In this document: piece after piece, positions 30,077 through 33,809 of the stretch
Layout: the number at the start of each line of letters is the position of its first letter
Position numbering within the stretch: the first letter of the stretch is position 1
The notes under the pieces: model-generated
The model's database searches: none
What the model saw: the letters and a program-made list of their open reading frames with translations, nothing else
Told to the model about the DNA's origin: nothing
Assembly: GCA_963765895.1 (NCBI GenBank)
Contig: CAVXZB010000043.1
Coordinates: 1-33,809, forward strand
Length of the DNA: 33,809 bases
Reading direction: 5' to 3'
From: an uncultured Nitrososphaeraceae archaeon
GTDB lineage: Archaea > Thermoproteota > Nitrososphaeria > Nitrososphaerales > Nitrososphaeraceae
Made by a program: the position numbers and the translations under genes

Positions 30077-30937
30077 TTATGGCTGAAGAATAGACCTTGC
30101 TAGTAATAGGATGTTTCTCTTTCTCTCTCTAATTCGACGTATGGAGTATGGAAGCCATTGATTACCATACGGTATATATTCAGACGTCTTAAGCTTTCGT
30201 TTTACAAGTATTTCTTTTAACTCATTATGAATACCCATAAGTAGCTGAAATTCGAATTTCTTTCTATCGGTACCAAACTTTTCTGATAACGAGATTGCGT
30301 TGTCAACCAGTTTGGGATCATGCGTTGCGATGGCAAAAATATTATTTTTGTTCTTGTCCTCAAATAACATTTTTGTCAATTTGGAAAAATTCGAGTTGAT
30401 TTCGCTCATTGATTGAAAGGCGTTCTCTTCACATTGTCTATATGCACCTTTCACTATTCTAACATTTGCTCCTTCTTCTAACAAATGCAACAAGTCACTT
30501 GCGCTCCTCCTAAGATAGGATTGTAGAGCCACCCCTATCAACGAATTCTCCTTAAAAAGATCAAGGTAGATAGAAATTGTATTTTGGACATATTCAAAGG
30601 ATTCAATGTCGATCCACATAAATTTGCCTAGGCTTTTAGCTTTTTTAGAAATTTGCCTAAGATTATTTAAACATTCTTCATAACCTCTCTTTAATCCGAC
30701 TTGAGTTGGTTTCACAGAAATACTACCGTCTATTCCATCCTTACTCACAAAATCTAATAATAAGCAATATTCTTTTACTGTCAGCTCAATACTTTTGTTA
30801 TTGGTATTATCTTCACCTAGAAAATTCAAAATTGCAGAGATTCCTCTCTTATTGGAATTTCTGGCTGCTGATAATGCCTCCTTATAAGTCATGCCCGAGA
30901 CCCACTTTCTGGCTCGCTCGATACAACAGTCTTTCAA
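30077..30937 (-). CDS. Monofunctional proline dehydrogenase (5' end probably frameshifted)
   Basis: NFLGE, ISVKPTQVG, MWIDIE, GVALQSYL, VRIVKGAY, IATHD, EFQLLMGI, YIPYG..W.PY..RRIRER. An alternative frame upstream of about 30914 reads TLLERLLYRA, so the true start is likely further upstream. Confidence 0.92.
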   Translation of the reverse strand: MKDCCIERARKWVSGMTYKEALSAARNSNKRGISAILNFLGEDNTNNKSIELTVKEYCLLLDFVSKDGIDGSISVKPTQVGLKRGYEECLNNLRQISKKAKSLGKFMWIDIESFEYVQNTISIYLDLFKENSLIGVALQSYLRRSASDLLHLLEEGANVRIVKGAYRQCEENAFQSMSEINSNFSKLTKMLFEDKNKNNIFAIATHDPKLVDNAISLSEKFGTDRKKFEFQLLMGIHNELKEILVKRKLKTSEYIPYGNQWLPYSIRRIRERKRNILLLARSILQP

Positions 30938-31868
30938 GTAAGGTACTGTTGTGTAATGCTGGTGGTGAGGCTAGATTTTGTGTTCTAGATATTTCAGAAT
31001 ACCAATTTTCAGTTACAATAATATACTTACGTTGATTACTCTATTAAATTTTCATATCGAATGGTTTTTTCAATGGACTATCGCCTAACGTAATTCCAAG
31101 TAACTACGAAAGCATTTAACCAGACAATAGATGGGCTGAATGATTGATTTAACGAATTTAAGTCAATTGGTATGGATCGACCCAATCCACATGCAGGGGT
31201 ATATTGTTAATTATTGATTGGGTTGTAGTTCTTAACAGGAATAGTTGAAGGTATAAATGAGCAGAGAAATCATGTTTTGGTCAGGCATTAATATCCAGGA
31301 TTCGATCTGTACGTTTGGGTCCTTTTTCAGCATCAATGAGACCTCTACTATTACAAGATCTCTGGTAATTTAGACTATGTTAAATCTACTTCTCTCTAAA
31401 AATCAAGAATCAGATCCATTGGAGCAATATGTTTGTAGGTATTAATGGTTAAAATATTGTCAATTTCTGTCTCCACTTGATTATTGATTTTGTGGTAACT
31501 TCAGTAACAACGCCCTGTGCATTGCTAAGTTCAGGTATTAGCCATGTAGCCTTAATTTTAATTTCAGTCGATATGGTAAATTATGGGGCCGAATTTACTA
31601 TGCATTATTATGCAGAGATCATCTTTGGTAAACGTACTTAACCGAAGATGATATAATACAACATTTACGATCTGCTTATACCAATAACTGTAGGAGTGTA
31701 GAAAAAACTCGCCTCTTTTTGGGTGTCAAAAATGAGTAGTATGCACTTCATATATATCAATTTTCAATCCATGTGATCTCGATATACTTTATGGTGATCT
31801 TTTCCTTATGACAGATATCGAAAATTGGACTCACATTTCTTCTTTCTCCTTCTCCTATGAGTGAACGT

Positions 31869-32360
31869 TCAAGAGATCCTTGTCCCCATGGTTTTGGATG
31901 ACCAGAACGTCCCACCTGATTTTTTCCATTTTATATAATCTTCTAGAATATTTTTATGATCAAATGCAAATTTTTCATCTGGTATATCCTCTAAATTCAT
32001 CCAATATAGTTCCAAGGCATCATCAGGCAGTGCAGCTGCTTTAACTTTCCCATTTCTACTAGTAGGAATTTTTCCTATAAATACAGTAGACATATTGTGT
32101 CCCCTAGGATCTCTTTTAGGATCCGAATATACGCCGAGAATATCAATTAGTTCAATATCCAACGATGTTTCTTCTTTTACTTCGCGTTTTGCCGCATCTT
32201 CTACTGTTTCTCCTTCATTTACAAAACCCCCTGGGATTGCCAAATATCCTCTAAATGGTTCATTCTTTCTTTTAACTAATAAAATACGAGAATCCATTTG
32301 TATGATGACATCTACAGTAGGAATTGGGTTCTTATGTTCCTCTTTCTTCATAACTATCAT
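31869..32360 (-). CDS. Nudix hydrolase (ADP-ribose pyrophosphatase-like)
   Basis: Nudix box GGFVNEGETVEDAAKREVKEETSL, plus GVYSDPKRDPRGH and AFDH. Confidence 0.93.
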   Translation of the reverse strand: MIVMKKEEHKNPIPTVDVIIQMDSRILLVKRKNEPFRGYLAIPGGFVNEGETVEDAAKREVKEETSLDIELIDILGVYSDPKRDPRGHNMSTVFIGKIPTSRNGKVKAAALPDDALELYWMNLEDIPDEKFAFDHKNILEDYIKWKKSGGTFWSSKTMGTRIS

Positions 32361-33053
32361 AATAAATAGGACCGGTTAATAAGATAACTATATTCACTAA
32401 TTGATAAGCGATTTATTCAAAATTAATGTTTTTGCATAGCCCATTACATCGATTTTGCCCCAATCTCTCAGACAGCAATTGGTATTTATGATTATACATC
32501 TAGTAACGTCGGGTGGCCTCTAAGAATCGAAAATGTATAATAAAGTAACCTTAAGATTCCAAAATATTGTCAGTTATAGATTGTGCAGATTAGCCATAAT
32601 CCGGCGAGCCAATATATTATTATATTAATAAGTTATTAAATTCCTTATTCGCATTTTGTGGGATTTCTAGGATCGATCGATCCGATTCTTTTCTTAAGGT
32701 TGATTCTAATCTTAAAATCGACAAAAGTGAAGACGTTGAAGCGGATTGATTAACAACTTGATAACAAATAGCAGATCTATGCACAGCAAGGAATTTCGAA
32801 ATATGTCGATTCCAGTAAGATAGTATGATCTGTCTGGTAGTTTACTACTATCATAAACGCATGGGTAAACTATTCTATTTAAAGGAAGTTCGTTAATGAT
32901 CCTATAATAGTATTAGTGGTCACGAGTTTAGCTAACAGGGAATATCTCAATACCATCTAGCAACTATTTATGGGCAATATGGGCACACAGTTAGATTATT
33001 GAATTATTTGTAGCAGGTCAATCTGAAGCAGTTGTTTTATTTCTCTGCAGTGC

Positions 33054-33239
33054 CTACATATCTGTACCTAAAACTCCTGCGTTCCCCCAGTTTTCTTTTG
33101 AAACTTCGTAAATCAAAATTCTTATCTTTTCCTCTTGAGTTTTCATGATCCTTGCCGTTTCCTTTGTCAATACTTTAATAAGTTCTCTTTTTTGCTCTAC
33201 CGATCTGCCTTGGCTCATCGTTATTTGTATAACAGGCAT
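33054..33239 (-). CDS. 4-oxalocrotonate tautomerase family protein
   Basis: Catalytic Pro after Met. GRSVEQKREL...IYEVSKENWGNAG, 61 aa. Confidence 0.93.
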   Translation of the reverse strand: MPVIQITMSQGRSVEQKRELIKVLTKETARIMKTQEEKIRILIYEVSKENWGNAGVLGTDM

Positions 33240-33809
33240 ATTTCTTTACGGCTTTTCAGTATTATTTATTGGCTTGGAAGAGATAACTTTTTTAGGTAAA
33301 ATCGAGTTGATTAGGTCAGCCTCCCAGTTGAGAGACACATTATGTTACGAATGTCAATCTTACTAAGCATCAAATGGGCGTCATTAAACACTTTGCGAAA
33401 TGCGATTTCGTCACAGATTAGCTTAATTTTAGCATTTTAGCATTAATAATCGTAGTTGAGTTCATCTCTGCTATTGACGGCATCGTTATAGAAGTATAGT
33501 TTGTTACTGGTGTAGTAGTTATGTTTTGCTCATAGATAATATAGTACTCTGGATACTGTGGATACCAGTATAGTAGTAATTATAGCAATTGCTACAACAA
33601 CTACTGCTATCCTGCCCACATGACTTAAGTACAAAACTATTGAGCAATATCGGGCAATACGCAGACAAATTTCATAAGTAGTAGTTGGAGGAGATCGGTT
33701 ACAGTCAAATGACCATAGGCGATATTACACTTCTTTAAATATTGCCTTACATACATATTTTGTGAGTTATCTAGTGGATTCCATTATAGAGATTTCGTTA
33801 TATCGGACA

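Noticed and set aside
32670-32683. Perfect palindrome GGATCGATCGATCC
   Set aside because: Explained by tandem GATC slippage, with no supporting context.
33420-33625. Broken minus-strand frame with hydrophobic start and Thr-rich tail; similar traces at about 31150-31580 and 8320-8550
   Set aside because: Possibly eroded genes, but too fragmented to assign boundaries or family.

Overview
AT-rich archaeal chromosomal segment, most likely from a soil ammonia-oxidising archaeon (Nitrososphaerota, Nitrososphaeraceae). This placement is inferred from archaeal Hsp20, XPB-like helicase, ArnR1-like wHTH, TATA-box promoters, several cupredoxins and Asn/Thr-rich secreted proteins. Left part (1-8.5 kb) is accessory and decaying: a DUF1080 gene split by an IS5-family element (17-bp TIRs, 8-bp TSD), a MarR-MFS operon, restriction-modification debris and a Gly-repeat pseudogene. 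Middle: SF2 helicase, membrane protein, wHTH, ilvA, Hsp20/ACT-like divergon and an orphan SPPY-type DNA methyltransferase. The most interesting region is 18.3-24.8 kb, a cluster of exported copper/redox proteins: a CxxC membrane protein, a sequon-rich secreted protein, a His-rich Ig-like domain fused to a NosZ-like CuA domain with an unusually long ligand loop, a divergent PQQ-type beta-propeller dehydrogenase, and a type-1 cupredoxin hidden by a frameshift. Right part: small membrane and Zn-finger proteins, a structured intergenic block, convergent P5C dehydrogenase/proline dehydrogenase, a Nudix hydrolase and a 4-oxalocrotonate tautomerase. Many otherwise intact genes carry single-base indels, probably sequencing or assembly errors. 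No rRNA, tRNA or CRISPR array was recognised. All family calls come from reading motifs by eye, not from database searches.
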